Positions 21,646 to 33,419 of a DNA stretch of 64,000 nt are shown in pieces. A program made the position numbers and the translations under genes. Source of the DNA: a plasmid; sequence record NZ_CP023785.1; one strand, 5' to 3'. Under the pieces are notes generated by a model. The model was not told the DNA's origin, made no database searches, and worked only from the letters and a program-made list of their open reading frames with translations. Within the stretch, counting starts at the first letter, position 1; every line of letters begins with the position of its first letter.

Positions 21646-22104
21646 TTTATTATCTATTATTCTCTTTTAAAAATAGCCCCAATGATCTTATGTAAGTAAA
21701 CGGACGGACAATTTATAATATAGCACTTTGCTTCTTGTTGCTTGTATGGTTATTTTTGTGTTTAAAATCTAAAAGTCTAACTAAAATTCTACCTTTAAAT
21801 TTCAGATTCTTGAATGCCCAATTTATATAGAGCACTATCATGCTTCTTTTGTTCTTGGACGCAATTTCTTCTGGTCTATTCATTCAATCCTAGTGTATTT
21901 ACACAATATTCCTTTGGCCTAAAACTTTGATAAATACGTATATATAAATTTACGTATTTATCAAAAATATAAATGCAATTTTTACTTTCAGATAACTCTT
22001 AAAACAACCTACTATCAGGTAGTTTTAAGAGTTCACTCACTTTGCGAATCCAAGCGGGTCTTGAAGTAATAATAGTAAAATCCCCTAAAAAAATTGTCAT
22101 TCTA

Positions 22105-22800
22105 TAGACCCTTAAATGGACTTATCTCCAAAAGTTAAACTATTTTTCGGTATTTTACTGGAGGTAGTCCATTTTTACCCTTTTGTTATTGCAACATCTA
22201 CTCTCTTTTACTTATACTATCTCAAATGCGATCATCAGCTTCTTGTTCACGGATGTATTTTTCAATTGTCTTTTGATTCAATTCGACTGTACTCACATAA
22301 TATTCCTCCGACCAAAATGATTTATTTCCGTATCTATATTTGTGATTTACGTGCTGCTCGTGGATTAGCACAGCACTACGATCTTTCAGATAACTATAAA
22401 ACTGGATATACTTATTTTTGATGGTACTTGAACAAGCATGTGAATATGATCTGGCGTTGCATGTGCTTCTATAATTTCCACGTTTTTTATTTTGCACAAC
22501 TTCCTAAGTATTTTTCCAATATCTTTTCGTAATTGCCTATAGATTACTTTTCGTCGATATTTTGGTGTAAATACAATATGATACTTAAAATTCCAACGAG
22601 TATGGGCTAAACTTTTATCGTCATTTGACATGAAAAAACTCCTTTCGATATGCTAGTTCTTCCACGTGTAGAAACGCATGGTTTTCTTGTTTCGCACGCT
22701 TTGCGCACGAAACTGACTGAAGTCATTAACAAAAAAATTGTAGACAAAGAAATTTTTCTTTGTCTACAATCTGAAAGGATAGGCACTACCATTTTTTATA
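22105..22800 (-). mobile_element. IS200-like element with end hairpins (22112-22165 and 22738-22769)
   Basis: hairpins ggacttatctcc...ggaggtagtcc and ttgtagacaaagaaatttttctttgtctacaa. Confidence 0.5.
22222..22631 (-). pseudogene. IS200/IS605-family Y1 transposase tnpA split by a frameshift near 22390-22400
   Basis: N-part SLAHTRWNFKYHIVFTPKYRRKV...HIHMLVQVP (HuH), C-part ...GNKSFWSEEYYVSTVELNQKTIEKYIREQ in another frame. Confidence 0.7.
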
Positions 22801-22864
22801 AAATATTTGTATTGAACCATTTTTTAGTTATTAGCTTACTAATACAAAATAATGTATTATAGTA

Positions 22865-23728
22865 TCAACATAACCATCCTTTGTCCATGATTTTATCTAA
22901 AAAGATTGTAAGGATCAATAAGTCTGCACTTCCACCAATACTCCAATTTTTCTTTTTAAATTGCTGATTTAGGTAATCCAAATATTTTTTACCTTGTATG
23001 GTTTTTACACCCCCTAATTCAAAATAAGGATGAATAAGTAATTGATACTCTTCAAAAACATGTCTATTATTACTTCGTTTGATCAAATTGGTATCTTCTA
23101 CTTCCATTGATAGAAAAAGTAAAGTGTCTATCATCTTATCTTGTTGCGACCCTTGATATGCTTGATAATAAGGCAATCCTCGGTCAAAAACACAAGGATA
23201 ACCTCTTTTGGCTTCCCCTCGTATCCCTGTCAATCCATGGTTAACAAATAGATATTCTCCCCAAGTCCATGCTTTTGGTTTTGTTTGATCAATCTTCCCA
23301 AAATCGTTAAGTAGATTTTTCGTCATTTTTTGAATTTCTTTTTGAAAGAAACTTTTTTTACAAGGAACTTTCCAAATAGTTAACCGGCCACAAATAGCAA
23401 GAAAAATCCCCAATGAAAAGATAGCACCTTTATGTGTATTTATACCATTTGTCACTGAGAACATCGCAGTTTCAGCCTCTAAACCAATCTGTCGAATCGC
23501 CATAAAGGTTTCTTCAATTGGTTGATGTTGTCGGTCCAATCCTGTTTGGATAAATTCTTCAAAATAGGGAGTCAAAACTACACTACTTTGTAGAAAAGTA
23601 AAAATGTCCATATCTTGATGAGACCCGGGGTCTACTGGATCAACCAATCCTGGTTTATTGATACATGTAACTTCATAAAGCATCGCTAATTGTGCTTCTT
23701 GTGCTATTTTTTGAATATTATCATGCAT
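22865..23728 (-). CDS. citG: triphosphoribosyl-dephospho-CoA synthase
   Basis: length and position at the end of cit operon; conserved CitG-like sequence. Confidence 0.8.
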   Translation of the reverse strand: MHDNIQKIAQEAQLAMLYEVTCINKPGLVDPVDPGSHQDMDIFTFLQSSVVLTPYFEEFIQTGLDRQHQPIEETFMAIRQIGLEAETAMFSVTNGINTHKGAIFSLGIFLAICGRLTIWKVPCKKSFFQKEIQKMTKNLLNDFGKIDQTKPKAWTWGEYLFVNHGLTGIRGEAKRGYPCVFDRGLPYYQAYQGSQQDKMIDTLLFLSMEVEDTNLIKRSNNRHVFEEYQLLIHPYFELGGVKTIQGKKYLDYLNQQFKKKNWSIGGSADLLILTIFLDKIMDKGWLC

Positions 23729-24278
23729 GTTTCAATGCTCCTTTTAAGGAATCGGCTACTATTTGTTCGATTTTCTTTTGCATTTCTTTCACAGTATGTG
23801 TACGATTACGTGCACATACCTTTGCTGATTTCCCACAAATAAAACAAGGACGTTCCCCATGATTAAGAGCTTGGCGACTGACAATTGTTATCTGCTCTCC
23901 TTTTTTGAACAAGACATCTAAATCAAAAAGTCTACCTAATGCGTCTTGCTCTTCTAACGTGACCAACCATTTTTTGAGATTCAAAGGTGCTTCTGTTACT
24001 ATTACGTACCAGTCCAATCCACTTGGCAAATTGATTTCTTTTGTGTACGTCATTTCCACCTTTTTTTTTAAAAACATTTGCTGAATTGACTGCTGTCCCT
24101 GACGAAATACCTGCTCAATCATTGGATTATTTTTGATCGGCCCAGGAATATTCAATGTAAAGACCATCAATGAACTATTTGAATACTTGGAAAGCAGGTT
24201 GCTTTGCAAGTTAGCACGTTGTTCTTTATGGATCAAAATATCCTCGATTTCTTGAATTTCTCCAGTATCAAACATCAT
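23721..24278 (-). CDS. citX: apo-citrate lyase phosphoribosyl-dephospho-CoA transferase
   Basis: 185 aa between citF and citG. Confidence 0.75.
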   Translation of the reverse strand: MMFDTGEIQEIEDILIHKEQRANLQSNLLSKYSNSSLMVFTLNIPGPIKNNPMIEQVFRQGQQSIQQMFLKKKVEMTYTKEINLPSGLDWYVIVTEAPLNLKKWLVTLEEQDALGRLFDLDVLFKKGEQITIVSRQALNHGERPCFICGKSAKVCARNRTHTVKEMQKKIEQIVADSLKGALKHA

Positions 24279-25855
24279 GATCTCTCTTCTTCAAATTCTT
24301 TCACCTGACGAACGACATCTAAAATTGAACCATCTCGGTATTCTACATAGGCAACTATCCGATCTGTGAATTGCAAAGGTTCCGGGATGCCTACTATTTT
24401 TTCTGCTTTTTGCTGTAATTCTTCTATTGTAAAAACAGGAATTTGTGGAATTCTTTCAAAAATAGCTATTAGATCTTTACGTTGGGGATTGATAGCAACC
24501 CCTACTTCTGTGACTAATACATCGATACTTTTCCCTGGTGTGATCAATGTAGTAACATCATTTACTACTGTAGGTATTCGGCCACGTACTAACGGCGCTG
24601 AGATGATAGTAAGTTTAGCCGTTGCTGCATCTTGATGTCCACCAATCGCACCTCTTAGCACACCATCTGAACCAGTCATAACATTTACATTGAAGTTTGT
24701 GTCAATTTCTAATGCAGATAAAATAGCGACATCTAATTGGTTAACAACCGCTCCTTTATTACTTGGATCAGCATAAAAGGAAGCATCGATCTCCTGTTGG
24801 TTCTCAAGCCGCGCCATTCCTTCAGCTGCTCCTTTGTCAAAGTCTTGGACATCTAACACTTTTTCAACAAGACCTTTTTCCAATAAATCAACCGTTGGTT
24901 TAGTGATGCCACCTAATGCAAAAGAAGCTTTGATCTGTTTTTCTTCCATTTCACTAGCTAAGTAACGCGTTACTGCTAAAGCTGCACCACCCGTTCCTGT
25001 TTGAAAAGAAAAGCCATCTTTGAAATAAGGTGAGTGAACAATGACATCTTTGACCATTTCAGCAATTTTTAATTCTTTTGGGTTTTTAGTAAACCGTGTA
25101 GCACCAGCACCGATTTTATTCGGATCACCAATTGCTTCTACTTCCACGACATAGTCGACTTGTGTTTGCGGAATACTAATGGGCGTATTAGGGTAAGGAA
25201 CTAAATGATCAGTTAGAAGAATGACTTTATCTGCATATTGTGCATCTACTTTTGCATACCCTAATGAACCAAAAACGGATTTTCCAACAGTCGCATTAGC
25301 ATTTCCATAATCATCAGATGTTGGTACTCCTAGAAATGCAACATCGATTTTCAATTCACCACTTTCAATTGCACGTGGACGATTACCATGAGAACGTAAA
25401 ATCACAGGATTGTCCATTCCTCCATGAGAAATAAATTCACCTAAGCTGCCGCGCATCCCACTGCTTGTGATATGAGTTACTGTACCGTCCTTGATGCATT
25501 CAATAACCATCTCATTCATAGTGTTCGTTAAAGAACTTGGTGCTAAGGTCAATTCTTTGATGCCCATTTCACGGATCACGGCCATCACTTGGTTAAAAAC
25601 AAAATCACCTTCTCTCAAATGATGATGAAATGAAATCGTCATTCCATCTTTTAAGCCCGATTTTTCTATAGCTTCTTTGATCGAGTGCATCAATTTATTT
25701 GTCTGATTAGTTACAGTCGTTACTTTTGGTGCACAACGTTGAATCGTTTGTGGCGATAATGAAACACTTTGGAATTCTTTTTTATACTTTGTTAAAACAC
25801 TTGATGGAATGCTACGTCTTTGTTTATTATGCATGGATATTTCCCTCCTCATCAA
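24275..25855 (-). CDS. citF: citrate lyase alpha subunit (citrate CoA-transferase); true start probably Met at 25834
   Basis: ~515 aa, typical CitF sequence. Confidence 0.85.
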   Translation of the reverse strand: MMRREISMHNKQRRSIPSSVLTKYKKEFQSVSLSPQTIQRCAPKVTTVTNQTNKLMHSIKEAIEKSGLKDGMTISFHHHLREGDFVFNQVMAVIREMGIKELTLAPSSLTNTMNEMVIECIKDGTVTHITSSGMRGSLGEFISHGGMDNPVILRSHGNRPRAIESGELKIDVAFLGVPTSDDYGNANATVGKSVFGSLGYAKVDAQYADKVILLTDHLVPYPNTPISIPQTQVDYVVEVEAIGDPNKIGAGATRFTKNPKELKIAEMVKDVIVHSPYFKDGFSFQTGTGGAALAVTRYLASEMEEKQIKASFALGGITKPTVDLLEKGLVEKVLDVQDFDKGAAEGMARLENQQEIDASFYADPSNKGAVVNQLDVAILSALEIDTNFNVNVMTGSDGVLRGAIGGHQDAATAKLTIISAPLVRGRIPTVVNDVTTLITPGKSIDVLVTEVGVAINPQRKDLIAIFERIPQIPVFTIEELQQKAEKIVGIPEPLQFTDRIVAYVEYRDGSILDVVRQVKEFEEERS

Positions 25856-26732
25856 TCAATCGTGATGCTTTTGCTAACATCAATGTCCGTTGTGCACGTT
25901 CTACAATTGGTTTATCGATCATTTTTCCATTTAAAGAAATTACGCCAGAACCTTTTTCTTTTGCTTCTTCGATTGCCGAGATGATGTCTAGTGATCGTTT
26001 GATTTCTTTGATTGACGGCTGATAAACAGTATTGACTACTGGAATTTGCCGTGGATTGATACAAGATTTTCCATCAAAACCTAATTGATGGATTAAACGT
26101 ACTTCGTTTAAAAATCCTTCCATATCATCCACATCAGAGTAAACAGTGTCAAATGCGGAAATGCCTGCTGCACGTGCAGCATGAACGATCATACTGCGAG
26201 CAAAAAACAATTCGTTTCCATCTGGATATCGTTTGGTTTTCATATTTGTCACATAGTCTTCTGCCCCAATGGCGATTCCAATCAATCGATCAGATGCTTT
26301 GGCGATCGCAGGTGCGTTCAATACACCAGAAGCACCTTCAATGGCTGCCATCATCAATGTTCGCCCTATCGGAACATTATGATAGTTTTCTGCTTCTATA
26401 ATCACTTTTTCTACTTCTGTTATATCTTCAGAGGTTTCTGTTTTAGGTAAACGTAATACATGCGCGCCGGCTTTAACCATTGCAAAAATGTCTGCACGTC
26501 CAAATTCTGAGTGCAGGTCATTTATTCGAACAATTAATTCTGTGTCACCATAATCCACTGTTTTCAATGCCTCAGCCACAAGCATTCTTGCGCTGTCTTT
26601 TTCTGCCATAGACACTGCATCTTCCAGGTCGAACATAATCGAGTCAGCACCATAAATACCTGCATCTTTGATCATCGCTGGATTATTTCCTGGAACAAAC
26701 ATCATTGTTCTTCTCAAACGTTCTTTCATCAT
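25827..26732 (-). CDS. citE: citrate lyase beta subunit (citryl-CoA lyase)
   Basis: 301 aa HpcH/HpaI aldolase fold sequence. Confidence 0.85.
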   Translation of the reverse strand: MMKERLRRTMMFVPGNNPAMIKDAGIYGADSIMFDLEDAVSMAEKDSARMLVAEALKTVDYGDTELIVRINDLHSEFGRADIFAMVKAGAHVLRLPKTETSEDITEVEKVIIEAENYHNVPIGRTLMMAAIEGASGVLNAPAIAKASDRLIGIAIGAEDYVTNMKTKRYPDGNELFFARSMIVHAARAAGISAFDTVYSDVDDMEGFLNEVRLIHQLGFDGKSCINPRQIPVVNTVYQPSIKEIKRSLDIISAIEEAKEKGSGVISLNGKMIDKPIVERAQRTLMLAKASRLIDEEGNIHA

Positions 26733-26736
26733 CTAA

Positions 26737-27030
26737 TTAAACCTCCCACGGTGTTTCTTGGTGTTGGATACCTAAGGAACGATGGATCGCTGTTTTTAAT
26801 CGTGCAACAATAACGCAATCTAATGCCCCTTTATCTACTACCTTGAGTTTTACGTTTTTAATCTGATAAACTGCTAGTGTGTCATAGATAACTTTTTTGA
26901 TTTGTTTTCCAAATTGCTCAATCACTTGACTGTCTAAATCGATTTCTATTCCTTCTGTATTCGGTGAAATCATGATTTGGACATCACTTGACTCTAATGT
27001 TCCAGCAATCGCTGATTTATTTATTTCCAT
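26737..27030 (-). CDS. citD: citrate lyase acyl carrier protein (gamma subunit)
   Basis: 97 aa, position. Confidence 0.85.
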   Translation of the reverse strand: MEINKSAIAGTLESSDVQIMISPNTEGIEIDLDSQVIEQFGKQIKKVIYDTLAVYQIKNVKLKVVDKGALDCVIVARLKTAIHRSLGIQHQETPWEV

Positions 27031-27033
27031 TAC

Positions 27034-28047
27034 TTAACGCTCCCTTTTATTTTTTAAGTATTGATAGGTTGTTTCTGGAACCATATATTTTATTTTTTCC
27101 AATTGCCCAGCAAGATACGCTTTACGAACTTGAGAAGCAGAAATAACTTGGTGTTGTTCCGTTTTCTTCCTTGCAAGGACATGAACTTTTATTTCAGGGG
27201 GTAAAATCGTTTCCAGTATGTCGTTATATGAACGAGTCATTGGGGAAAGTGGTTCTTCTCCCACATATCTAGCAGAGATATCTAAATAAGTGGCAATTCT
27301 TTCTTTGAATAAAGTAGCATCTACGACCATTTGCTCCTTTGCTATTTCATCATCTTCTCGTAAAAAATAGGTGGGAAACGTTGCAGGGCTAATAATATAC
27401 TCGCCACCTGATAGAACAATGACATTTTTCAGTTTTTGTAATCCTTGTTGAACTAATTTGAGTCGGTCCTTCGTCGAAAAAAGATTTTGTTCTTTTTCGA
27501 GTACAAATACATATACCCAATCGTTGTTATTGGCAGCTTGTTTTACTAAATAATAATGCCCTTCTGTAAATGGGTTCGCATTCATGACAATTGCTGCTTT
27601 TTTTTCACCATTCACTTTAGGAATCCTCTCTAGGTACTGTTTTATAGAACTATCTCCCATTTCTAATACAGCTATTTTTGGGGTAGATACGATTGTTTCA
27701 AAACCTAAAAAGTTAAAACTTTTTTGATAGCGCGGTTTCGTGAAAACAATATAATGAAAAATCTCTTGTTGACTCATTGCCTGAATTATTGCAGAGACTA
27801 GTACATTAAATGTATGTCCACCATCTTTATATTTTTCAGACACGGCGATATATTTAATCACGTTGTTTTGATAAGATACTGTTCCTACTAACTTTTCTTT
27901 ATGGTATATACCCAATGTTTGATCTAAATGTTGAAAATCTTCGATTTGCTTCTTTTGTATTCCTGAATCAAGCAAAAGATTTTCCCATTGGTCTTTGATA
28001 TAGTTATTTTTTAAAAATAATCGTTGGATATCTGTTTGATCAAACAC
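27034..28047 (-). CDS. citC: [citrate (pro-3S)-lyase] ligase
   Basis: 337 aa with N-terminal acetyltransferase-like and C-terminal nucleotidyltransferase motif (NPFTEGH). Confidence 0.85.
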   Translation of the reverse strand: MFDQTDIQRLFLKNNYIKDQWENLLLDSGIQKKQIEDFQHLDQTLGIYHKEKLVGTVSYQNNVIKYIAVSEKYKDGGHTFNVLVSAIIQAMSQQEIFHYIVFTKPRYQKSFNFLGFETIVSTPKIAVLEMGDSSIKQYLERIPKVNGEKKAAIVMNANPFTEGHYYLVKQAANNNDWVYVFVLEKEQNLFSTKDRLKLVQQGLQKLKNVIVLSGGEYIISPATFPTYFLREDDEIAKEQMVVDATLFKERIATYLDISARYVGEEPLSPMTRSYNDILETILPPEIKVHVLARKKTEQHQVISASQVRKAYLAGQLEKIKYMVPETTYQYLKNKRER

Positions 28048-28072
28048 ATGGTCACGTCCTTTCTTTATGTTC

Positions 28073-29377
28073 TTATGATAGCAGACCCATTAAAAAGATA
28101 GCGAACGTTACGGTCATAGCACCCCCTAGTCGAACAGCAACTTGTGCAAATGGCATTAATTCCATGCGATCACCCGCAGCTAAGATAGCTAAAGCACCTG
28201 TACCGCCTTGTCCGCTACAACATGAAACTGCGATGGCAGTATCAACTGGGTACATTTTTAAAAATTTTGCGGCGATAAAAGCTGTAGCGACAATAGCTAC
28301 TACCGTCACAATGATTGTTACTATCGTTGCAGGATTTTTAAATACTTCGATCAGCTCTAACCAATCTGTTTTTGCAACCCCTACGCCAAAAAGTAAGGGA
28401 GGTGTGATCCCACGAACAGTGAATCCATACAACGAATTTCCACCTTCTTCGATATTTTTAGGGATAAAACCAAGCATTTTAGCCCCCATAAGAGAGACTA
28501 ATAAGATCACAGGTGAAGGAATAGAAAAGCCAAGGAGTGATTTTAATAAGTGCTCAACATAGACAGCAACAAAATAAATCGTTATTGCTACCACGCCTGC
28601 TAACAATGTTTTTTCAATATTGACTGGTTTAGCTGAACCCTTCAAGTTCTCTAAATGTTCATCATCCCCATCGATCAAATTACCCTGACCATTTAATTGT
28701 GGGTATTTCTCTCCAATTTTTTTGAGCATACCAGACAGTAGAACTGCGACTAAACTTCCCAACATCACACACGGTAGAATCTTCCCAAAGATATCATTTT
28801 GTCCCATACCAGATAATATTGCTGCATAACCAATCGATAATGGCATCGCTCCTTCCCCAACACCACCAGCCATAATCGGCGCAACGATAAAGAAATACGC
28901 ATTCCAAGCAGATAGCCCAAGGAGTATTCCCACACCTGTTCCTATCAAAGAACCAATCACATCGCATAAAATTAAAATAATGATAATACGTGAAGTTGCT
29001 TTAACCAATGTTTGCCGATTCATTGAAGCAATACTGCCGACAACTAGTAGTGTGATAAAGAACATCAAGAAATTGTTATTATTCATAAAATCAGAAACCA
29101 CAGTTACAGTACTTTGAGGTAGCCAATGTTTATAGACTAGAAATGCAGGCAAAAATGTAACAACTAATACTTTACCACCTAAATCTTTTAAAATAGGAAT
29201 AGTTTTACCAATTTCTTCTAATAAATAAGCAAAAACAGTCATAATACCCAAAGAAACTAACATATCATTTTCTGGAACGATATTGCTTATCGTCATTGCA
29301 AGATACGCGAGTACCAAAATGATATAAAGAGATAAAGGAATAAAACCAATTTTAATTCTATTTAATGTTTTCAGCAT
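28073..29377 (-). CDS. citP: 2-hydroxycarboxylate transporter family citrate permease (434 aa, ~12 TM)
   Basis: size/topology of 2HCT (CitP/MleP/CitS) transporters inside cit operon. Confidence 0.7.
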   Translation of the reverse strand: MLKTLNRIKIGFIPLSLYIILVLAYLAMTISNIVPENDMLVSLGIMTVFAYLLEEIGKTIPILKDLGGKVLVVTFLPAFLVYKHWLPQSTVTVVSDFMNNNNFLMFFITLLVVGSIASMNRQTLVKATSRIIIILILCDVIGSLIGTGVGILLGLSAWNAYFFIVAPIMAGGVGEGAMPLSIGYAAILSGMGQNDIFGKILPCVMLGSLVAVLLSGMLKKIGEKYPQLNGQGNLIDGDDEHLENLKGSAKPVNIEKTLLAGVVAITIYFVAVYVEHLLKSLLGFSIPSPVILLVSLMGAKMLGFIPKNIEEGGNSLYGFTVRGITPPLLFGVGVAKTDWLELIEVFKNPATIVTIIVTVVAIVATAFIAAKFLKMYPVDTAIAVSCCSGQGGTGALAILAAGDRMELMPFAQVAVRLGGAMTVTFAIFLMGLLS

Positions 29378-30545
29378 GTATATTATCCTCGTTTTCTTTT
29401 AGTTTTTGTAAATAATCCAAAACTGCCTGTGAAACGACGTTTGCGACTCCTTCATCAAAAACATTAGGGATGAATTTTTCTACCGTAGGCTCTGCGACCT
29501 TAGCAGCTAATTGTTTGGCTACTTCAAGTTGTAATGAAAGATCGACTTTATTCGCTTTCGATAGTAATAGTCCCTTGAACAATCCGGGAAATACTAAAAT
29601 ATTGTTTACTTGGTTAGGATATTTCGAAGAACCTGTAGCGATTAGCTTTGCACCAGATTCTTTTGCTAAATCGGGTGTGATCTCTGGTACTGGATTGGCT
29701 AAAGCAAAAATAATCGGATTATCATTCATTTTTCCAATCATTTCAGGCGTTAAAACATTTCCTATTGAAAGACCGATAAAAACATCTTGTCCAACGATTG
29801 CATCTTCCAAAACGCTTGCATTATTATTTGTATCATGTATATGATCCAACAACTCTCTTTGATATTTATTTAATGTACTATCTTGCTTCTTTAATCTCCC
29901 TTGTTTATCCACCAATGTTAGATTTTTGATACCAGCAGCGATTAATAGTCTAGCTGTTGCAACCCCAGATGCTCCCATGCCGTTGATCAAAACTCGAAGT
30001 TCAGTTAATGTTTTCCTTTGGATCTTAGCAGCATTGATCAATCCAGCTAAAACAACTATCGCTGTTCCTTCTTGATCGTCATGATACACAGGAATAGAAA
30101 GTTTTTCTTGTAATTTTTCTTCAATCTCAAAACACTTCGGTGCTGCAATATCTTCTAAATGGATCCCTGCAAAACTATTTTGCAAATTGACAATTGTTTG
30201 TACAATCTCGTCTACTGATTTTTGTTCGATGGCTAATGGAATCGCATTGACACCTGCTAAATTTTTATAAAGCAGCGCTTTCCCTTCGACGATTGGTAAT
30301 CCAGCTTGGTTTCCTACATTTCCAAGACCTAATACCGCCGACCCGTCTGTAATAACGGCCACTAATTTACCACTAATTGTTAATTCTCTTGCCAAAGCAT
30401 GATTTTTCTCAATCATTAAACTTAGTTCTGCTACACCTGGGGTGTACATTTTTGCTAAATCTTGATCATCTTGCACGGCTTCTGTTGTTTCCATCCGTAA
30501 AACACCTACATTTTTTTTATGGATTTCTAAAACTTCATCAAGCAT
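29358..30545 (-). CDS. citM: malic-enzyme-family soluble oxaloacetate decarboxylase
   Basis: PVYHDDQEGTAIVVLAGL and Rossmann GMGASG motifs; first gene of operon as in lactococcal/Weissella cit clusters. Confidence 0.7.
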   Translation of the reverse strand: MLDEVLEIHKKNVGVLRMETTEAVQDDQDLAKMYTPGVAELSLMIEKNHALARELTISGKLVAVITDGSAVLGLGNVGNQAGLPIVEGKALLYKNLAGVNAIPLAIEQKSVDEIVQTIVNLQNSFAGIHLEDIAAPKCFEIEEKLQEKLSIPVYHDDQEGTAIVVLAGLINAAKIQRKTLTELRVLINGMGASGVATARLLIAAGIKNLTLVDKQGRLKKQDSTLNKYQRELLDHIHDTNNNASVLEDAIVGQDVFIGLSIGNVLTPEMIGKMNDNPIIFALANPVPEITPDLAKESGAKLIATGSSKYPNQVNNILVFPGLFKGLLLSKANKVDLSLQLEVAKQLAAKVAEPTVEKFIPNVFDEGVANVVSQAVLDYLQKLKENEDNIHAENIK

Positions 30546-30733
30546 ACCTTCACTCCTTTTTACATTTTTTAATTACAAAACCACTTTAACACTTTTTTTT
30601 AAAATAAAAAAACCCTTTCATTTTAAATTTTAAAAAAATGATGCTTATTTTTAAAAATTTAAAAAAAGACTAAATTCAATTTTTTTGGTATAATGAGAAA
30701 AAATATCTATTTGAAAAAGTTAGGAGCTATACT
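30546..30733. promoter_or_regulatory. divergent citI/citM promoter region, extremely AT-rich with repeated ttttaaa(a)at blocks (candidate CitI operators)
   Basis: sequence composition and arrangement between divergent citI and citM. Confidence 0.4.
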
Positions 30734-31681
30734 ATGCATCTGGAATTCTCTGACTATGAATCACTCCTTGTAAAAATTTGTGAAGACTATTATCTCGAGG
30801 ATATCAATATTAGTGAAATTTCTAAAAAATATGGGATCACCAGATATAAAGCTTTAAAATATATTGAAGATGCACGTGAAAAACAATTAGTTAGTATTTC
30901 AATTAATTCTCCGTATGCTAGGAATTATGAGCTAGAAGAAATCTTCAAAAATTACTTTAAAACGAATATCTATATATTAAAAAGTAGTGAAGACTTATCA
31001 CAACACGATTTATTATTTTCAAAATTTGCTGCCGATTACATTCAAGAATTAATTAAGAAAGCCAATGTGGTTGCACTATCTTGGGGAGATACCGTTTACA
31101 AAGTGATTGATCAGTTTAAAATGGGTGCTCGTGAAGAATTAATTTTTACTCAATTCATTGGCGAAATCGGAAAATATAATTCCTTAGCTGGCTCCACACG
31201 ATTAGTTCAAAAAGCTGCTGAACGTTATGAGTCTTCTTATTTGACTCTCAGTATTCCTTTATATGTCATCAATGAAACTGCACGTGAACTAATGGCTCTA
31301 GAACCTTCTTTAGCTAATACCTTAGCAACCGCTTCGCATGCAGATATGTTAATTTCTGGAATTGGCACCTTATCCTCTATTGATTCTGTCGAACCCTGGA
31401 ACAAGCATCGTAAAATCCTATTTCCAAGCATGACGGATACTGTTGGATTTCTTTACGGAAGACCCTTCAATATCAATGGTGAATTCATCAAAGCATCTGA
31501 GGATAAGACTTTTGGTCTTTCTTTAAAAGAAATTTTCGATATTCCAAAACGAATTGGTATTTGTAAAAGTAAGTTCAAAGCGGAGAGTTGTTTAGGCGCC
31601 TTGAATGGTAATTTTTTTACAGATTTATTTTTGGATGAAAAAACTGCTTGGAAAATACTTTCTTTGATAAAAAAAGAGTGA
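30734..31681 (+). CDS. citI: SorC/DeoR-family transcriptional activator of the cit operon
   Basis: N-terminal HTH (ISEISKKYGITRYKALKYIEDA) + sugar-binding-like domain, divergent from citM. Confidence 0.75.
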   Translation: MHLEFSDYESLLVKICEDYYLEDINISEISKKYGITRYKALKYIEDAREKQLVSISINSPYARNYELEEIFKNYFKTNIYILKSSEDLSQHDLLFSKFAADYIQELIKKANVVALSWGDTVYKVIDQFKMGAREELIFTQFIGEIGKYNSLAGSTRLVQKAAERYESSYLTLSIPLYVINETARELMALEPSLANTLATASHADMLISGIGTLSSIDSVEPWNKHRKILFPSMTDTVGFLYGRPFNINGEFIKASEDKTFGLSLKEIFDIPKRIGICKSKFKAESCLGALNGNFFTDLFLDEKTAWKILSLIKKE

Positions 31682-31694
31682 GTCATGTAAAATC

Positions 31695-31733
31695 CTCCAA
31701 AAAATTTAGATTTTTGGTACTACTTTTTTGGAG
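31695..31733. terminator. bidirectional terminator ctccaaaaaa-N-ttttttggag
   Basis: 10-bp stem between convergent citI and partition adaptor gene. Confidence 0.5.
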
Positions 31734-31977
31734 GGCAGTACAATGATTCACTCTTTTTATTGGATATCAAAATCCCTTTTTTTGAGAAGCTTGTCTTGAT
31801 ATTTTTTGAACTTTTCCAAGCCATACTCCATTACTTTTCAAGATTTAATTTCTTTGTATTCACTGAATAATTTCCACGTTTTTTCGTTAATGTTACTTCT
31901 TATTAATTTTATTGTACTTCTCATGCAATAGGATCATATATCCTTCTAAATCTTTTTTATGCTATAAAAAGGGGGTT

Positions 31978-32526
31978 CTATCTAACTTTATTATTCATTC
32001 CCCACCCTTTGCGCAGTGAGTCTTCGGTATCTTGTTTTATCTGACTGGTAGTTCTTATTATTTCTCCACGGTCATCTAATTCTGGAACAATTGGATATTT
32101 TTCTCTGAACAAGTCTAGTTCTTTCACCACGTCATTAAACAAATCTTGCTTATCTTCTTGCGTAAGATTCTGTTTAATATACTCATCTAAAGCTTTTCTA
32201 AGCAATTCATCTCTTGTCATATTAGTCTCATACTTTTCTACTAAAACTCTGGAAGTCGCATTTAACAAAGTCGACAGTTTTAAAGGATGCTTGGTGGAAT
32301 AAACCTTATCAAACTTTCTGATTGGTGCGCCAACTTTTTTTGTTCTTCCTCTACTCTGTCTTTCAACATTGGAGGAAGTTTTTATTTCTTGAACTTGGTG
32401 CACTTCTAATTGCTTATTTTCAGATGGTGTAATTGCTTGCTGCTTTTTCTTTGCTTCTGCTTCTTTTTTTATTTTGGCGAGTCCTTTGTTGTTCCCAAAA
32501 ATATCAAGTCCTTTGATGTCAGCCAA
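31978..32526 (-). CDS. plasmid partition adaptor/centromere-binding protein (small ParB/PrgO-like, 182 aa)
   Basis: immediately downstream of and overlapping parA; basic, low-complexity N-terminus. Confidence 0.5.
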   Translation of the reverse strand: MADIKGLDIFGNNKGLAKIKKEAEAKKKQQAITPSENKQLEVHQVQEIKTSSNVERQSRGRTKKVGAPIRKFDKVYSTKHPLKLSTLLNATSRVLVEKYETNMTRDELLRKALDEYIKQNLTQEDKQDLFNDVVKELDLFREKYPIVPELDDRGEIIRTTSQIKQDTEDSLRKGWGMNNKVR

Positions 32527-33384
32527 TTACTCCACCTCCGCATACCAATTCTCGTGTTCTTCCAATTCTTTCAAAATACTGATAAATAATTCGTGGCTTT
32601 TGCGATCCCATTGTTTTAAGAGACCTTTCTTTGTCTTCTCCATCGTAATACCTGATCCGTCGTATCGTTTTAAGCGCGCATTTTTGAGTACAACATTTTT
32701 AATCAAATGTTCCCCATAAATCTCTTGGGCTTGTTTATACATTTCCTGATCTACTGCGTCACCGCTTTCCAACATGAAAGGAATAACACCAGCAACATAT
32801 AAATTTGTATCAAATTCTTTCACAAAAAAGTCCATATACTCAAGATATTGCATCGCATTTCTCATCGATTTTACTTGGGTCTGTAAGACGACGATTGCCC
32901 AGTCCGCAATGTACATCGCGGATTTACTATATACAGAAATAGAAGGTGGGACATCTAAATAGATGACGTCAAACTCATCAAATAATGGTTCTAGCTTTTC
33001 TTTCATATATTTGAATTGGGATAATGAATCATTATATTGGTCTTTGATCCAATCATCATACATTTCAAAGGACATGTCTGCTGGAAGTATATAGAGGTTA
33101 TTGATTACTTTATAGACAGCCTCTTTAGGTGGAAGATTGTTTATCAACACGTCAGTCACAGTATTTTCGTAAACAATCGGTTCACCTTCTCCGCCCCCTT
33201 CTTCGTTAGTGAAGTTCATATGCGTTAAGTTCATCACGTCAGAAGTATTTCCTTGCATATCCAAGTCAATTATCAAGGTTCTTTTTCCTTCATTAACTGC
33301 TGATTCAAACCCTAACATTTGCGCGCACGTACTTTTACCTACGCCACCTTTAAAATTACCGATTACATATTTCTTCGCTACCAC
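32527..33384 (-). CDS. parA: ParA-family partition ATPase (285 aa)
   Basis: deviant Walker A KGGVGKST, Walker B ..IDLD.. Confidence 0.85.
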   Translation of the reverse strand: MVAKKYVIGNFKGGVGKSTCAQMLGFESAVNEGKRTLIIDLDMQGNTSDVMNLTHMNFTNEEGGGEGEPIVYENTVTDVLINNLPPKEAVYKVINNLYILPADMSFEMYDDWIKDQYNDSLSQFKYMKEKLEPLFDEFDVIYLDVPPSISVYSKSAMYIADWAIVVLQTQVKSMRNAMQYLEYMDFFVKEFDTNLYVAGVIPFMLESGDAVDQEMYKQAQEIYGEHLIKNVVLKNARLKRYDGSGITMEKTKKGLLKQWDRKSHELFISILKELEEHENWYAEVE

Positions 33385-33419
33385 GTTCCTACCTCTTTTC
33401 TTTTAGCAATATTCATTTG

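Noticed and set aside
22116-22421. 101-aa plus-strand ORF
   Set aside because: Antisense to the IS200-like tnpA remnant and overlapping its end hairpin; no SD.
28164-29844. Antisense ORFs 28164-28562 and 29470-29844
   Set aside because: Embedded opposite the citrate permease and malic-enzyme genes; typical spurious ORFs.
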